Counted from the stretch's first letter, positions 18,928-29,149 are shown. The stretch: 64,000 bases of DNA from Thermoplasmata archaeon (GCA_022750455.1 JAKIVR010000002.1:1270-65269); one strand, 5' to 3'. Translations and numbers: made by a program. The notes: a model not told the origin generated them from the letters alone.

Positions 18928-19785
18928 ATGTCACGAACGTGGACGATCGGTCTAGCGACGATGTCGGCCCTCGCGGATCTGCATCCCGACGACCTCCCGT
19001 TGGTCCCGGCGTTCCGCGATATCGGGATCGAGGCTCGTCCAGTGATCTGGAACGGCCCCCCGGGCTCCTGGGACGGACTCGACGTTTGCTTGATCCGGTC
19101 GACCTGGGACTACTTTCAGCATCTGCCGGAGTTCCTGGGCTGGCTGCGACAGCTCGCCGCGGCCGGGACCCGGGTGTGGAATCCGATCCCGCTGGTCGAA
19201 TGGAACAGCGACAAGTCGTACCTGAAGGATCTCGAACGCCAAGGGATCCCGATCGTCCCTACCGTGCTCCCAGGACCGGGCGAATCCCTCGAACAGATCC
19301 TCGATCGAGAGGGTTGGGACCGCGCGGTGTTCAAGCCGTCGGTCTCGGGAGGATCGTGGCGGACCCACGCCGTCGAACGTCGCTCCCTCCCGACGATGGA
19401 GACGATCTTCCGCGAGCTCCGTGACGAGCGGACGGTCCTCGTCCAACCGTACATGGCGCAGGTGGAGACGACGGGCGAGCGCTCGCTCATCTTTCTCGGC
19501 GGGGAGTTCTCTCACGCCGTGCTGCGAGCGGCCTCGCTGGCCCCCGAGGTACCCATCGCCGAGGGCGCGCCGTTCGCTCCTTCCGATGCCGAGCAAGCGT
19601 TCGGACGGCGCGTGCTCTCGCTCTTGGAGAGCCCGCCGCTGTACGCCCGCGTCGACTACGTCGCCGATGCGGAGGGAGTCCCTCGGCTCATGGAGCTCGA
19701 GCTCATCGAGCCGCGGTTGTTCTTCCCGTCCCACCCGGCAAGCGCCAACCGTCTCGCGGAACTAGTCTGGGGCGAGCTGAGGTAG
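18928..19785 (+). CDS. ATP-grasp domain protein (RimK / glutathione-synthetase-like ligase)
   Basis: ATP-grasp-like central and C-terminal blocks (VFKPSVSGGS, LVQPYM, ELELIEPRLF). ggaggtgagggatcATG start context. Confidence 0.6.
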   Translation: MSRTWTIGLATMSALADLHPDDLPLVPAFRDIGIEARPVIWNGPPGSWDGLDVCLIRSTWDYFQHLPEFLGWLRQLAAAGTRVWNPIPLVEWNSDKSYLKDLERQGIPIVPTVLPGPGESLEQILDREGWDRAVFKPSVSGGSWRTHAVERRSLPTMETIFRELRDERTVLVQPYMAQVETTGERSLIFLGGEFSHAVLRAASLAPEVPIAEGAPFAPSDAEQAFGRRVLSLLESPPLYARVDYVADAEGVPRLMELELIEPRLFFPSHPASANRLAELVWGELR

Positions 19786-19821
19786 GCGGCGCCCCCGGGG
19801 GGTGCGGACCCCGTCGCGAAC

Positions 19822-20805
19822 CTACTCGCGGATCCCGTCCGGGGTGACCGAGAAGACGGCTTCGCCTTCCGGCAGGTTCGGCGAGTCGATCAGCCGGGCG
19901 ATGCGCCGTGGAGGCTTCGACTTGCGCAGGTAGATCCGGTAGGTGGAGGCGTGGGCGACGATGTTGCCGCCAATCGGGCGCGTCGGGTCGCCGAACATGA
20001 TGTCCGGGCGCGCCGAGACCTGGTTCGTCACGATCACCGAGGCGTTGTACATGTCGGCGAAGCGGAGCAGCTCGTGGAGATGCTTGTTCAGGTGCTGCTG
20101 CCGCGGAGCGAGCTCGGCCCGGCCCGCGTACTCCGACCGAAAGTGGGCCGTCAGCGAGTCGACGACGATCACGCGGATCGGCTTCACCCGTGCGAGCTCC
20201 TGGGCCTTCGCCACGAGGAGCATCTGGTGGCTGGAGTTGAACGCCCGGGCGACGTGGATGTGGCCGAGGGCGACGTCCGGGTCGAGACCCACAGCGGTCG
20301 CCATGGAGACGATCCGCTCGGGGCGGAACGTCGACTCGGTATCGATGTAGACGGTCTCACCGGAGAGGCCTCCTTGGTCGACCGGGAGCTGGACGGAGAC
20401 GGCGAGCTGGTGGGCGATCTGCGTCTTGCCGCTGCCGAACTCGCCCGCGAACTCGGTGATCGCCTGGGTCTCGACGCCGCCGCCGAGCAGCTCGTCGAGA
20501 GATTTCGCGTAGGTCGTGATGCGGCCGAGCTTCTTCCGGCGCTCGAGCACGGTGACGCCGCTCTCAAAGCTCCCGACGTCGGCCTCGCGCCGAGCGGAGG
20601 CGATGATGTGCTGGGCGATCTGCGTGCCGATCTCGGCCGCCTCGGCGACGTCCCCAGGCGAGGCGACGGCGAGCTCCATCAGATCGGTGAAGCCGGCGTC
20701 CCGGAGCTTCTGCGCGGTCGTCGGTCCGACGCCATCGAGGTCCTCGAGGGCGATCTCCTTCTTCGGTTCCGGTTCTGCCGGTCGAGTGGCGGCTTTGGCG
20801 GGCAC
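19822..20805 (-). CDS. radA: DNA repair and recombination protein RadA
   Basis: N-terminal HhH ([20 protein letters not shown]). Walker [10 protein letters not shown]. RecA/Rad51 core. GTG start 58 nt downstream of the purC stop; the upstream Arg-rich extension was rejected. Confidence 0.9.
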   Translation of the reverse strand: MPAKAATRPAEPEPKKEIALEDLDGVGPTTAQKLRDAGFTDLMELAVASPGDVAEAAEIGTQIAQHIIASARREADVGSFESGVTVLERRKKLGRITTYAKSLDELLGGGVETQAITEFAGEFGSGKTQIAHQLAVSVQLPVDQGGLSGETVYIDTESTFRPERIVSMATAVGLDPDVALGHIHVARAFNSSHQMLLVAKAQELARVKPIRVIVVDSLTAHFRSEYAGRAELAPRQQHLNKHLHELLRFADMYNASVIVTNQVSARPDIMFGDPTRPIGGNIVAHASTYRIYLRKSKPPRRIARLIDSPNLPEGEAVFSVTPDGIRE

Positions 20806-20863
20806 GGTCGACCGAGCCGAGGGGGCGGTATAAGGGTGCGGCCGCGGACGGTAGGTGAAACGC

Positions 20864-21823
20864 CTACGTCGAGGAGTGATGCGACAGGAACCGCTCGCCG
20901 GTGAGGCGCTGGTACACCGTGGTGTACAACCGGCTGACCTCATCGACCAACAGCGGCGGGAGCGGCGGGATCGGCGGCTCCTGGGCGCCGGTGGCCCGCG
21001 CCTTGGTCAACTGGTCGAAGTACCCGGTGCTGCGATAGTGTTGCCGGACGAACTCCTTGGAGAACTCCACGTACCGGCCCCGCTCGAACGCCCCCTTGTC
21101 CCAGAACCGGTCCTCGTCGGCCGTCCCGAACGTGTCGACGACCATGGGCTGCCCCGCCTCATCGATGGCGAACTCCTTCTTGCCGTCGACGTGGATGAGC
21201 CCGCGCGGCTCGATCGCGGTCGCCATGGCGGCGTCGATGGCGAGGATCATCCCCTTGATCTGGTCGATCTGGGACTGGTCGAGGCAGGCGAGGGCGAGCG
21301 CCTCGGGCCACTCGAGCGGACGGTCGATCGCCTCGAGCTTGGTGGTGACCTCGAAGTACGGGGCGGGAAGGAGGGCGCCGTACTCGGTCGTGTGTCCGGC
21401 CGGGAATCCGATCTGTTCGCTCGTCACGGTCCCGTCCTTGATCCGGTCCCAGAGGGAGCCGGCGACGTAGTAGCGGACGATGAACTCGAGCGGGACGAGG
21501 TACCCCTTCGGCTTCGGGCCGAGCGTCGCCGGCTTCGGTACGACCTTGACGCGCTTCACCCGCATGGAGGTCGGGCCAGAGAGGCCGAGGTAGTGGCTGC
21601 GGATCCCGAGCTTGCCGCAGACATCGAACCAGTGGGCCGCGGTCCGGGTCAGCGTCTCCCCCTTGAACGGGATCTCGGTCGGGATGTGCTTGTCGAAGAC
21701 GGAGATGTCGTTCGTGAATCGGAACTCGAGCTCGGTCGGAGAGACCTCCCAGACCTCCTTCACCTTGCCCCGGCGGAGGTACTTGAGCCCCTGACTACCG
21801 GCGGCCGGCACGTTCGCTGGCAT
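20864..21823 (-). CDS. purC: phosphoribosylaminoimidazole-succinocarboxamide (SAICAR) synthase
   Basis: Long-form SAICAR synthetase family similarity over 319 aa ([13 protein letters not shown]...). Confidence 0.9.
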   Translation of the reverse strand: MPANVPAAGSQGLKYLRRGKVKEVWEVSPTELEFRFTNDISVFDKHIPTEIPFKGETLTRTAAHWFDVCGKLGIRSHYLGLSGPTSMRVKRVKVVPKPATLGPKPKGYLVPLEFIVRYYVAGSLWDRIKDGTVTSEQIGFPAGHTTEYGALLPAPYFEVTTKLEAIDRPLEWPEALALACLDQSQIDQIKGMILAIDAAMATAIEPRGLIHVDGKKEFAIDEAGQPMVVDTFGTADEDRFWDKGAFERGRYVEFSKEFVRQHYRSTGYFDQLTKARATGAQEPPIPPLPPLLVDEVSRLYTTVYQRLTGERFLSHHSST

Positions 21824-21912
21824 GGAAGGTCCGACCGCGCCTTCCTTAGTTAAGGTTCGCCGTTCGGCCGTGAGGTCGACGCACCGGCCCGTCCGTACGT
21901 CTCCGGAGCGGC

Positions 21913-22446
21913 CTAGACGCCGCGGGCGTGATGGGCCGTGATCGGCCGGAAGCCGCGCTTGGCGTAGAAGCGCACGGCGATCGCGTTGGAGGTCGGAAAC
22001 TCCGCCGTCACGATCCCGGCGCCCCGTTCCTTCAGGAGCCGGGTCGTCTCGGCGAGAAGGTACTCCCCGACGCCGTGGCGCCGGTAGAGCGGCAGGAGAT
22101 AGATGTCGAGGATGACGCCCTCGTGCTCGGGGACGTAGAACGGACGCTCGCGGACCGTCGCACGGACGACGCCGACGATCTTCCCCCGATCGGAGCCGCT
22201 CCCCTCGGCCGCCAAGACCACGCTCTGCGGGTTCGCGAGGTCGGCAGCGAGCAACGAGCGTGCGCTCGCGTCCACGTCCGCGCGGACCTTCAGGAGCGGA
22301 TCGAACTCCTCGTTGAGCCGTTTGAGCCGGACCAACAGCGGGACCAGCTGGTCGAGGTCGGCGGACGTCGCGGCCCGGAGCTGGATCGGCGGGGGCGGCG
22401 GCGAGGCCGGGTTCGCGGCGCTTGCAGGGGACGGAGTATCGCTCAT
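21913..22446 (-). CDS. GNAT-family N-acetyltransferase
   Basis: Acetyl-CoA binding block RRHGVGEYLLAETTRLLKERGAG. ATG overlaps the malic-enzyme stop (ATGA). Confidence 0.75.
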   Translation of the reverse strand: MSDTPSPASAANPASPPPPPIQLRAATSADLDQLVPLLVRLKRLNEEFDPLLKVRADVDASARSLLAADLANPQSVVLAAEGSGSDRGKIVGVVRATVRERPFYVPEHEGVILDIYLLPLYRRHGVGEYLLAETTRLLKERGAGIVTAEFPTSNAIAVRFYAKRGFRPITAHHARGV

Positions 22447-23879
22447 GGACGGTGAGTGGAGGCCGGGGGTTCGTCCGGCATCGGGGGGATGAGGCCGGCG
22501 TCCCGCAAAGCGGTCGCCAGCTGGCCGGCGCGGTGCATCCGTTCCCGGGCGCGGTTCAGGAACTCGTCGTGGCTCAACCGGTGGCGGGCGACGCCGATCG
22601 AGACCGCGGTGTCGGCCACGGCGGCGGCGACGTACGGGAAGATCTCCCGGTCGTCCATCGTCGGGAGGATCCGCTCCGGCCCGAACCCCGGGCCCTGCGC
22701 GTGGCGGGCGAGCTCCTTCGCCGCCGCGAGGACGATCTCGTCGGTGATCGTCCGCGCCCGGGAGTCGAGGACGCCGCGGAAGACGGCCGGGAAGATCAGG
22801 GAGTTGTTGACCTGGTTCGGGAAATCGCCCCGGCCGGTGGCGACGATCGCGGCACCGGCCTCGCGGGCCGCGGTCGGCCAGATCTCCGGGACCGGATTCG
22901 CGAGGGCGAAGACGATCGGCTCCTTCGCCATCGTGCGGATCCAATCCGGGTGGATCGTGTTCGGATCCGGGGTCGAGGCGGCGATGATCACGTCGGCCTC
23001 CTCCATCGCATCGGCGAGGGTGCCGCGCCGGCCGCCGCCGTTGGTCTTGAGCGCGAGGCGGTACTTCCACGGATTGCGGACCATCATCTCGTCGAGGTCC
23101 TCGCGCTCCCCATCGAGGATCCCCTTGTGGTCGACGACGGTCAACGAGCTCGGCGAGTGGCCGAGGGCCATCAGGAGGCGCGCGGTGACGACGTTCGCCG
23201 CGCCCGCGCCCAAGAGGACGGTCCGGGACTCCGACATCGAGCGGCGCGTGATCGTGAGGGCGTTGAGGAGTCCGGCGATCGTGGCCGCGGCCGTGCCGAG
23301 CTGGTCATCGTGCCAGACCGGCACCTCGAGCCTCTCCTGGAGCTCCTCGAGGATCTGGAAGCACTTCGGGGAGGCGATGTCCTCGAGGTTGACCCCCCCG
23401 ATGCCGGGGGCGAGCCGTCGGACCGTCTCGATGATCTCGGCCGGGTCCTGCGTGGCGATCGGGAGCGGGATCGCGTCGACCCCGCCGAGGTACTTGAACA
23501 ACAGCGCCTTCCCTTCCATGACGGGCAGGGCGGCGTGGGGTCCGACGTTGCCGAGCCCGAGCACGCGGCTTCCGTCGGTGACGATCGCGACCGTGTTCCA
23601 CCGGCCGGTCAGGTCGAAGGAGCGCTCGGCGTCCGCCTGGATCGCCTTCGAGACCGCGGCGATGCCGGGCGTGTACCACACGGAGAAGTCCGCGAGGGAG
23701 CGGACCGGGACCTTGGGGACCGTCTCGATCTTTCCTTGATAGAACGCCGCGAGCTCCACGGCCCGCTTTCCGAGGTGCGCCGTCTGCTCCGGCTCATCCT
23801 CGGAGACGGGAGGAATCTTCTTCGCCCCCGCCTGAGGCGGCAGCGGATCGTCCGTGGGAGGAGGTTCGGCCTGTACCAT
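22443..23879 (-). CDS. NAD(P)-dependent malic enzyme (small type)
   Basis: Malic_M and NAD-binding blocks (VLLGAGAANVVTARLL, VFALANP). Confidence 0.9.
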   Translation of the reverse strand: MVQAEPPPTDDPLPPQAGAKKIPPVSEDEPEQTAHLGKRAVELAAFYQGKIETVPKVPVRSLADFSVWYTPGIAAVSKAIQADAERSFDLTGRWNTVAIVTDGSRVLGLGNVGPHAALPVMEGKALLFKYLGGVDAIPLPIATQDPAEIIETVRRLAPGIGGVNLEDIASPKCFQILEELQERLEVPVWHDDQLGTAAATIAGLLNALTITRRSMSESRTVLLGAGAANVVTARLLMALGHSPSSLTVVDHKGILDGEREDLDEMMVRNPWKYRLALKTNGGGRRGTLADAMEEADVIIAASTPDPNTIHPDWIRTMAKEPIVFALANPVPEIWPTAAREAGAAIVATGRGDFPNQVNNSLIFPAVFRGVLDSRARTITDEIVLAAAKELARHAQGPGFGPERILPTMDDREIFPYVAAAVADTAVSIGVARHRLSHDEFLNRARERMHRAGQLATALRDAGLIPPMPDEPPASTHRP

Positions 23880-24153
23880 GCGGTCCTCTCCACCGAGAAC
23901 GAGCCGTCGTATCTCAACCTTACATATCGGGTCGGGTCGGACGACAGTTGACGATACTCGACGACGGACACGATCGCCTGGGTGTCGGGCGGGACCGGGG
24001 CACCGGGGATTCTAAGGGTCCCGCGTTCCCCGACCGAAGGATCGAGCCGTTCGTCCCGATACGGGGCGCAGCCGAGGTGCATACTGTCACGGGACGCCCG
24101 CAAGAAACGTACGTATGCGCATGTTTTAATCCCCCACCCCTATCTCCCTCCGA

Positions 24154-25338
24154 ATGACACCACCGCTTCGATTCTCCCTCTCCGGGGATGAATCAGCCCG
24201 CCTCCACGCCTGGTCGACCGACCCGGCGAACTCCCCGCGGAGCCGCACCCGCGCCCGCATCGTCCTCTTGGCGGCGCACGGCCACAGTGCGGCGAAGATC
24301 GCCCGCACGTTGGGGATACGCACCGAGACCGCCACCCTCTGGATCGCGCGTTTCTCGATGCATCGGATCGACGGGTTGACGAAGGAGGCCCCCCGACCCC
24401 GCGGAAGCCAGGCGGCCGACGCGACGATCCGCGAGCGCATCCTTCGGACGACGCACGAGACGCGACCGCCGGACCCGCGCGGCTGGACCACCCGCTCCCT
24501 CGCCCGGTACCTTGGCGTCAGCCACATGCGCGTCCATCGCGTCTGGGCGACCCACGGCGTCGGCGAGATCCCTCCCGCCCCACCGGTCGGAATGCCGGGG
24601 GCCGGGTACGTCCCGTTCGTCGACGTCGCCGGACTGTTCCTCGAACCGCCGCACCGGGCCGCGGTGTTCGCCGTCGGGGTGCGATGGGACTCGTCGGTCT
24701 CCGCAACCCCCGTCCTCGCGCCGTCGTTGCCCGCGGCCCGCTCCGGCGCGTTCTGGACCCGACCGAGCTCCGTCGGCCCGGAGGCGCTCCTCCGGGCCCT
24801 CGAGTCTCCGGCCGACGCCCCTCGCGGAATGCCCGGACGTTCCAGCTCAGATCTCCTGATCTTTCTCCGACGGCTCGAGGAGCAGAGCCCTCCGTCGGTC
24901 CAGCTCCACGTCGTCGTCGAGGCGTTGGGCCCGACAGGCGCCCGGGCCCTTCGGAACTGGGCGGAGCGCAAAGTGCGGTTCCACCTGACGGAGGTCGCCT
25001 CCGGCGAGACGCTCGCCGGCCAGTGCCGCACGTTCCTGCAACCGTGGCAAACGACCCGTCTCCATCGGGGGAGCTTTGCCCACGCGGTCCGAGCGCTCGA
25101 AGTGGTCGGGGGACGGCCCGGAGCCTCGGGACCAAGCTCTCGGGCATTCCTCTGGATGCCGCTCACCGAGCCGTTGCTGCCGATGGACCGGTACGCGATG
25201 ACCCCCGCCCCGACCGAGCCCGCTCTCCCCGAGCCGTGGCTCCACCCGCCCCTCCCCGGGGCGTTCCGGAGCGGCGCCGCGCCCACCGACCCGACCCGAA
25301 GGCCTCCCCACCCCACGGCCGGTCCGCGTCCGGACTAA
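24154..25338 (+). CDS. IS630-like transposase-related protein with degenerate catalytic triad (possibly inactive or domesticated)
   Basis: N-terminal paired HTH typical of IS630 (RIVLLAAHGHSAAKIARTLG...SLARYLGVSHMRVHRVW). The core aligns to DDE_3 but carries FLEPP and VVVEALGP where D residues are expected. Confidence 0.45.
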   Translation: MTPPLRFSLSGDESARLHAWSTDPANSPRSRTRARIVLLAAHGHSAAKIARTLGIRTETATLWIARFSMHRIDGLTKEAPRPRGSQAADATIRERILRTTHETRPPDPRGWTTRSLARYLGVSHMRVHRVWATHGVGEIPPAPPVGMPGAGYVPFVDVAGLFLEPPHRAAVFAVGVRWDSSVSATPVLAPSLPAARSGAFWTRPSSVGPEALLRALESPADAPRGMPGRSSSDLLIFLRRLEEQSPPSVQLHVVVEALGPTGARALRNWAERKVRFHLTEVASGETLAGQCRTFLQPWQTTRLHRGSFAHAVRALEVVGGRPGASGPSSRAFLWMPLTEPLLPMDRYAMTPAPTEPALPEPWLHPPLPGAFRSGAAPTDPTRRPPHPTAGPRPD

Positions 25339-25427
25339 GGCGCTCCCTCGTCCCGGACGGTCCCGGCCCCGTGGAGAAATACGCGTTACGGAAACGAGCA
25401 TTTTAATACCGGACCTCAATCGAAGAG

Positions 25428-25443
25428 GTGCCCGAACGGGCAC
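25428..25443. promoter_or_regulatory. inverted repeat GTGCCCG-AA-CGGGCAC between the TATA-like TTTTAATA (25401-25408) and the start of the TasA-like gene
   Basis: Read from sequence. Positioned to act as an operator around the predicted TSS. Confidence 0.3.
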
Positions 25444-25462
25444 ACTTGAGCGTGAAATCAGA

Positions 25463-25981
25463 ATGGTAGCGAAGGCATTGTGGGTCTCTATGTTGGTCTT
25501 GGGAGTCTTGGCCGTGTCGGGTCTCGGCTTCGCGGCGTTCACCGCGCAGTCGAACGTCACGATCACCGGCACCGGCGGAACTCTCTCTCTCGCGGTCACG
25601 AACTGGAGCACGGAGACCAGCCAGTCGTACGTCGGCTGCTGGGGCTGGACCTCCGGCTCGAACCTCTCGATCGAGGCGGCCCCTCTCGCACCGGGCGACT
25701 GGTGCGAGGTGTTCGCCAACATCACCAACGCCGGGAACGTCCCGGCCACGGTCACCGCGTGGACCTCCCTCGCGCCGGGCTCGTGCTTTGACTGGGTCGT
25801 GATCTCGCCCTCGGAGAGCGGCTCCTCGACGGTCGCGCCGGGCGCCTCGATCCAGTTCCAGGGCGCGCTCGGCCTCAGCTCGGAGGCCGGCAACTCCTGC
25901 CAGGGCGCGGTCGGTAACCTGGTCGTGAACTTCGACGCGAGCGCCTCGACGAGCGACGCTGGGGCGCCCGCGGGCCTCTAG
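25463..25981 (+). CDS. TasA/camelysin-like secreted protein with SipW-cognate-type signal peptide; glycosylated pilin/fibre subunit candidate
   Basis: N-terminus MVAKALWVSMLVLGVLAVSGLGFAAFTAQS resembles the SipW-cognate signal class. N-glycosylation sequons NVT, NWS, NLS, NIT. Beta-rich Ser/Thr/Gly composition. Confidence 0.55.
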   Translation: MVAKALWVSMLVLGVLAVSGLGFAAFTAQSNVTITGTGGTLSLAVTNWSTETSQSYVGCWGWTSGSNLSIEAAPLAPGDWCEVFANITNAGNVPATVTAWTSLAPGSCFDWVVISPSESGSSTVAPGASIQFQGALGLSSEAGNSCQGAVGNLVVNFDASASTSDAGAPAGL

Positions 25982-26129
25982 ACCGGAGGCGACGCCCCCC
26001 CCCACGCCAACCTTTTCCTCCTCTTTCTTCCACTCCTTCGAGGATCATGTCGGTCGTCCGATCGCTCCGGCCGGTCCCGGCGGCGGGCGGTCACGAACGC
26101 GTGTCGCGCGCCGGGACCGGTAGGCGTTC

Positions 26130-27551
26130 GTGATCGACGTTCCGGGGATCTTCGCCCTCGTCGCGGGGATCGCCGCGCTCGGCATGCTACCGTGGCTCGT
26201 CCGCGGATGGCGGTGGGTCTGGTCGGCGGGGATCATGGCGGTCCTGCTCGCGTGGCTGTATGACGGAGTCAGCCCGGACGCGGTCGGCTGGTGGTTCCCG
26301 CTCGCCTTCGGGCTGTTCGCCGCGGCGCCCCTCGGCGTGTACTATCTCTGGGTCCGATACGGGGAGCGCTCCGAACCGGCCCGGTTCGGATTCTGGATCC
26401 CGGAGGACCGGGCCGCCGGGCTGCTCGCCCTCTCGGCGGCGTTCGTCGGGATCTTCCTGGTGCTCACCCTCGAGCCCGGGTTCCTGCTCGGGTTCAGCCT
26501 TCCCCCACTCCCGGACCCGTACGACTTCGGGCTGTACCTCCTGATCCTCCCGGTCCTCGCGCTCGGCCAAGAGGCGATCTTCCGGGGCTACGTGCTCATC
26601 CGGCTCGCGGACACCGTCTCCTTCCGCGCCGGCCTGTTCGCGTCGGCGATCCTGTTCGGCCTGACACAGTTCAACCCGTTCGTGATCCAGGAGATCTCGA
26701 GGTCGCAGCTCATCGCCGTGATCTTCGGCGGATTCATCACGAGCGTCGCCCTCGGCCTCTTCCTCGGCTTTTACTGCTACAAGTCGAGCTGGAGCCTGCT
26801 CGGCACGTGGAGCTTCCGCACCGGGATCCTCTGGTTCACCTTCCTCACGCCGGTCGTCATCGCGAACCTCGCGTGGGAGTACTCGTTCATCTTCGCGCTG
26901 ATCGCCATCGTCGGCATGCTGATCGTGGCGTACGCGGGGCTGCGCGAACCGCGGTACCAGGCACGCCACTACCTCGAGGAGCCGCTCAACCCCCGTCGGG
27001 GGACGCTCGCCGCGGCCGCCCGCACCCGACAGCAGATCTACGTGAGCGCGGCGCTCGTCGCCGCGGTCCTCGTGGTGCTCGCCTTCGCGGCCCCGATCGC
27101 GGCCGAGACGGAGCGGGCGCCCGTGCGGGTCCTCGCGATCGCCTCCGGCAGCATGGTGCCGACGTTGAACCGGGGCGACCTCGTGTTCCTGACCCGGGTC
27201 ACGTCGCCGGACCAGCTCCAGGTCGGCGACATCGCGGCGTACAATGCGCCGTACCTCAGTACCGAAGGTCCGGTCGTCCATCGGATCATCGCGATCCACT
27301 ACAACGGGAGCACGCCGATCTACACGTTCAAGGGGGACCACAATCCGAGCCCCGATCCGAGGCCCGTGCAGTTTTACCAAATCGAGGGTAAGTTCGTCGG
27401 GAGCGTTCCGCTGGTGGGTTACCTCGTGCTGAGCCCGGCGCTGGCGATCGCGCTCATCCTGGTCCTCGCGCTCGTCTCCTTGTACCGTTCGACGTCCGAG
27501 CCGGGGCGTCGCCCGCGACCGCGGCTACCGCTGCGGGAGAACCCGATATGA
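26130..27551 (+). CDS. fusion protein: CPBP (CAAX) intramembrane protease domain + type I signal peptidase (SipW/archaeal Ser-His type) domain
   Basis: N-terminal ~290 aa polytopic with QEAIFRGYV and FGLTQ CPBP-like motifs. C-terminal ASGSMVPTLNRGDLVFL (catalytic Ser) ... VVHRIIAI (His) ... C-terminal TM, typical of SipW/Sec11-type peptidases. Confidence 0.7.
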   Translation: MIDVPGIFALVAGIAALGMLPWLVRGWRWVWSAGIMAVLLAWLYDGVSPDAVGWWFPLAFGLFAAAPLGVYYLWVRYGERSEPARFGFWIPEDRAAGLLALSAAFVGIFLVLTLEPGFLLGFSLPPLPDPYDFGLYLLILPVLALGQEAIFRGYVLIRLADTVSFRAGLFASAILFGLTQFNPFVIQEISRSQLIAVIFGGFITSVALGLFLGFYCYKSSWSLLGTWSFRTGILWFTFLTPVVIANLAWEYSFIFALIAIVGMLIVAYAGLREPRYQARHYLEEPLNPRRGTLAAAARTRQQIYVSAALVAAVLVVLAFAAPIAAETERAPVRVLAIASGSMVPTLNRGDLVFLTRVTSPDQLQVGDIAAYNAPYLSTEGPVVHRIIAIHYNGSTPIYTFKGDHNPSPDPRPVQFYQIEGKFVGSVPLVGYLVLSPALAIALILVLALVSLYRSTSEPGRRPRPRLPLRENPI

Positions 27552-28612
27552 GGTTGACCACCGTCGTCTTGGTGGCGCTCGTGCTCGGAGCGATCGTGGC
27601 CGGGTACGCCCTCGTCTCGGCCGAGACCGCCGCTCCGCCGGGCAGCTCCACGCACGACGTCGTCAGCTACCAGGGGTCGGCGGCGTTCAACTACGAAGCG
27701 ACGATCCGCCCGAACGCGCTGCAACCGAACGGCTCCGTGCTCGGTCCGGGCGAAGGTCCGCTGTTCGCGACCGAGATGACGAACGTGAACCTCTCCGTCT
27801 CCTACACGATGCAGGCGGCGCCGTCCGCCACCGTCGAGCTCTCCGGAGGGTTCGACCTCATCGCCAGCGGCGGTGGGGTATGGAACTACACGCTCAACGA
27901 CTCGTTCCCCCACGTCCGTCCCGTATCGGAGGAGGGCTCCGCGACGTTGAACGAGAGCACCGAGGTCAACGTCGCGAAGGTGCTGGCGTTCTTCGTCCAG
28001 GTCCAGAACCAGACGAACTACGAGCCGGTCAACGAGACGCTCCAGTTCGTGCCCGTGGTGTTCGCGACGATCGTCGGCGGGGGTCTCTCGACCGAGATCG
28101 TTCCGAAGTCGGTGTTGACGTTCAGTCTGGAGAGCGGGCAGTGGGTCCCAACCTCGAACGTCGGCGCCTCGTCCGGGGCCTTGACGACCACGAGCCCGAG
28201 CTCGGGCCCGAACAACGGCGAGGACGTAGAGATCGCGCTCGGAGCCCTGCTCCTCGTGCTCGCCGCGATTGGGGTCGTCGGCTACCTCGAATTCCGCGCC
28301 GTCCAACGCTCGCGGCGAGAGATCGATGTCGCCCGGCAGCTGAGGCAGTTCACCACCCCGTACAAGGACGCGATCGCCGACACGGCGACCCCTCCAAGGA
28401 ACGAGAACGTCGTGTCGATGTACGACTGGGAGGACCTGGTGCACGTTGCGGACATGCTGGGGAAGCCGATCCTGCAGTTCCGCTACCACCGCCCGGACGA
28501 CACCCGCCACTTCTTCTACGTCCTCGATGGCAGCGTCCAGTACGTCTACCTGGTGCCGGTGGACGGTCGTTCGGAGGAAGGCAAAGCCCCGTACGATACG
28601 CGCCCCACGTAG
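27548..28612 (+). CDS. membrane-anchored glycoprotein (signal peptide, N-glycosylated ectodomain, C-terminal TM + cytoplasmic tail)
   Basis: ATG overlaps the upstream stop (ATGA). Signal MRLTTVVLVALVLGAIVAGYALVSA. Sequons NGS, NVN, NLS, NYT, NDS, NES, NQT, NET. TM ALGALLLVLAAIGVVGYL. Confidence 0.6.
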   Translation: MRLTTVVLVALVLGAIVAGYALVSAETAAPPGSSTHDVVSYQGSAAFNYEATIRPNALQPNGSVLGPGEGPLFATEMTNVNLSVSYTMQAAPSATVELSGGFDLIASGGGVWNYTLNDSFPHVRPVSEEGSATLNESTEVNVAKVLAFFVQVQNQTNYEPVNETLQFVPVVFATIVGGGLSTEIVPKSVLTFSLESGQWVPTSNVGASSGALTTTSPSSGPNNGEDVEIALGALLLVLAAIGVVGYLEFRAVQRSRREIDVARQLRQFTTPYKDAIADTATPPRNENVVSMYDWEDLVHVADMLGKPILQFRYHRPDDTRHFFYVLDGSVQYVYLVPVDGRSEEGKAPYDTRPT

Positions 28613-28655
28613 CCGGCTGGGACGTGGCCGCCGTCCGAACGATCGGGGGCTCGAC

Positions 28656-29114
28656 TTACGAAGGGGGGGACATCGGCAGGGACTGGAGATCCTCCGCGAA
28701 CCGACGTATCAGCCGGGCCAGGTCGCGTCGATCGCGCGCACTCCAGCGCGCGAACAGCACGGTCGCCATTCGATCCCGGGCGGCGTCGAGCGCGTCGGTC
28801 ATCCTCCGGCCCTTGGCGGTGATCTCGACCTCACGCACTCGGCGGTCCGTCGTCGAGGGATGTCGGCCGATCAGGCCGAGCTCCCCGAGCTTGGAGATCT
28901 GTCGGCTGACCGTGGTATGGTCCCGACCGACGAGATTCGCCAGTTCGACGACGGCGAGCGGGCCGTTCCGTTCGACCGCGATCAGCACCGGGAACAGGGC
29001 CCGATCGAGGTCCACGCCGGCCTCGCGAAGCAGCGCCCGGTCCCGCTGCGGCCGGTTCAGGACGGCCATCAGGTCGACCAGGGCGTGGTGCAGCGGGCGA
29101 ACGTCCCGGCTCAT
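28656..29114 (-). CDS. MarR-family transcriptional regulator
   Basis: wHTH block LAVVELANLVGRDHTTVSRQISKLGELGLI...DRRVREVEITAKG. Confidence 0.8.
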   Translation of the reverse strand: MSRDVRPLHHALVDLMAVLNRPQRDRALLREAGVDLDRALFPVLIAVERNGPLAVVELANLVGRDHTTVSRQISKLGELGLIGRHPSTTDRRVREVEITAKGRRMTDALDAARDRMATVLFARWSARDRRDLARLIRRFAEDLQSLPMSPPS

Positions 29115-29149
29115 GACGGCATGTCCCTAGACAGCAGGGAATTATATGC

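Noticed and set aside
24100-25420. Shared TTTTAAT in both flanks of the IS630-like gene as terminal repeats
   Set aside because: They are direct, not inverted, and positioned like TATA boxes for the flanking genes.
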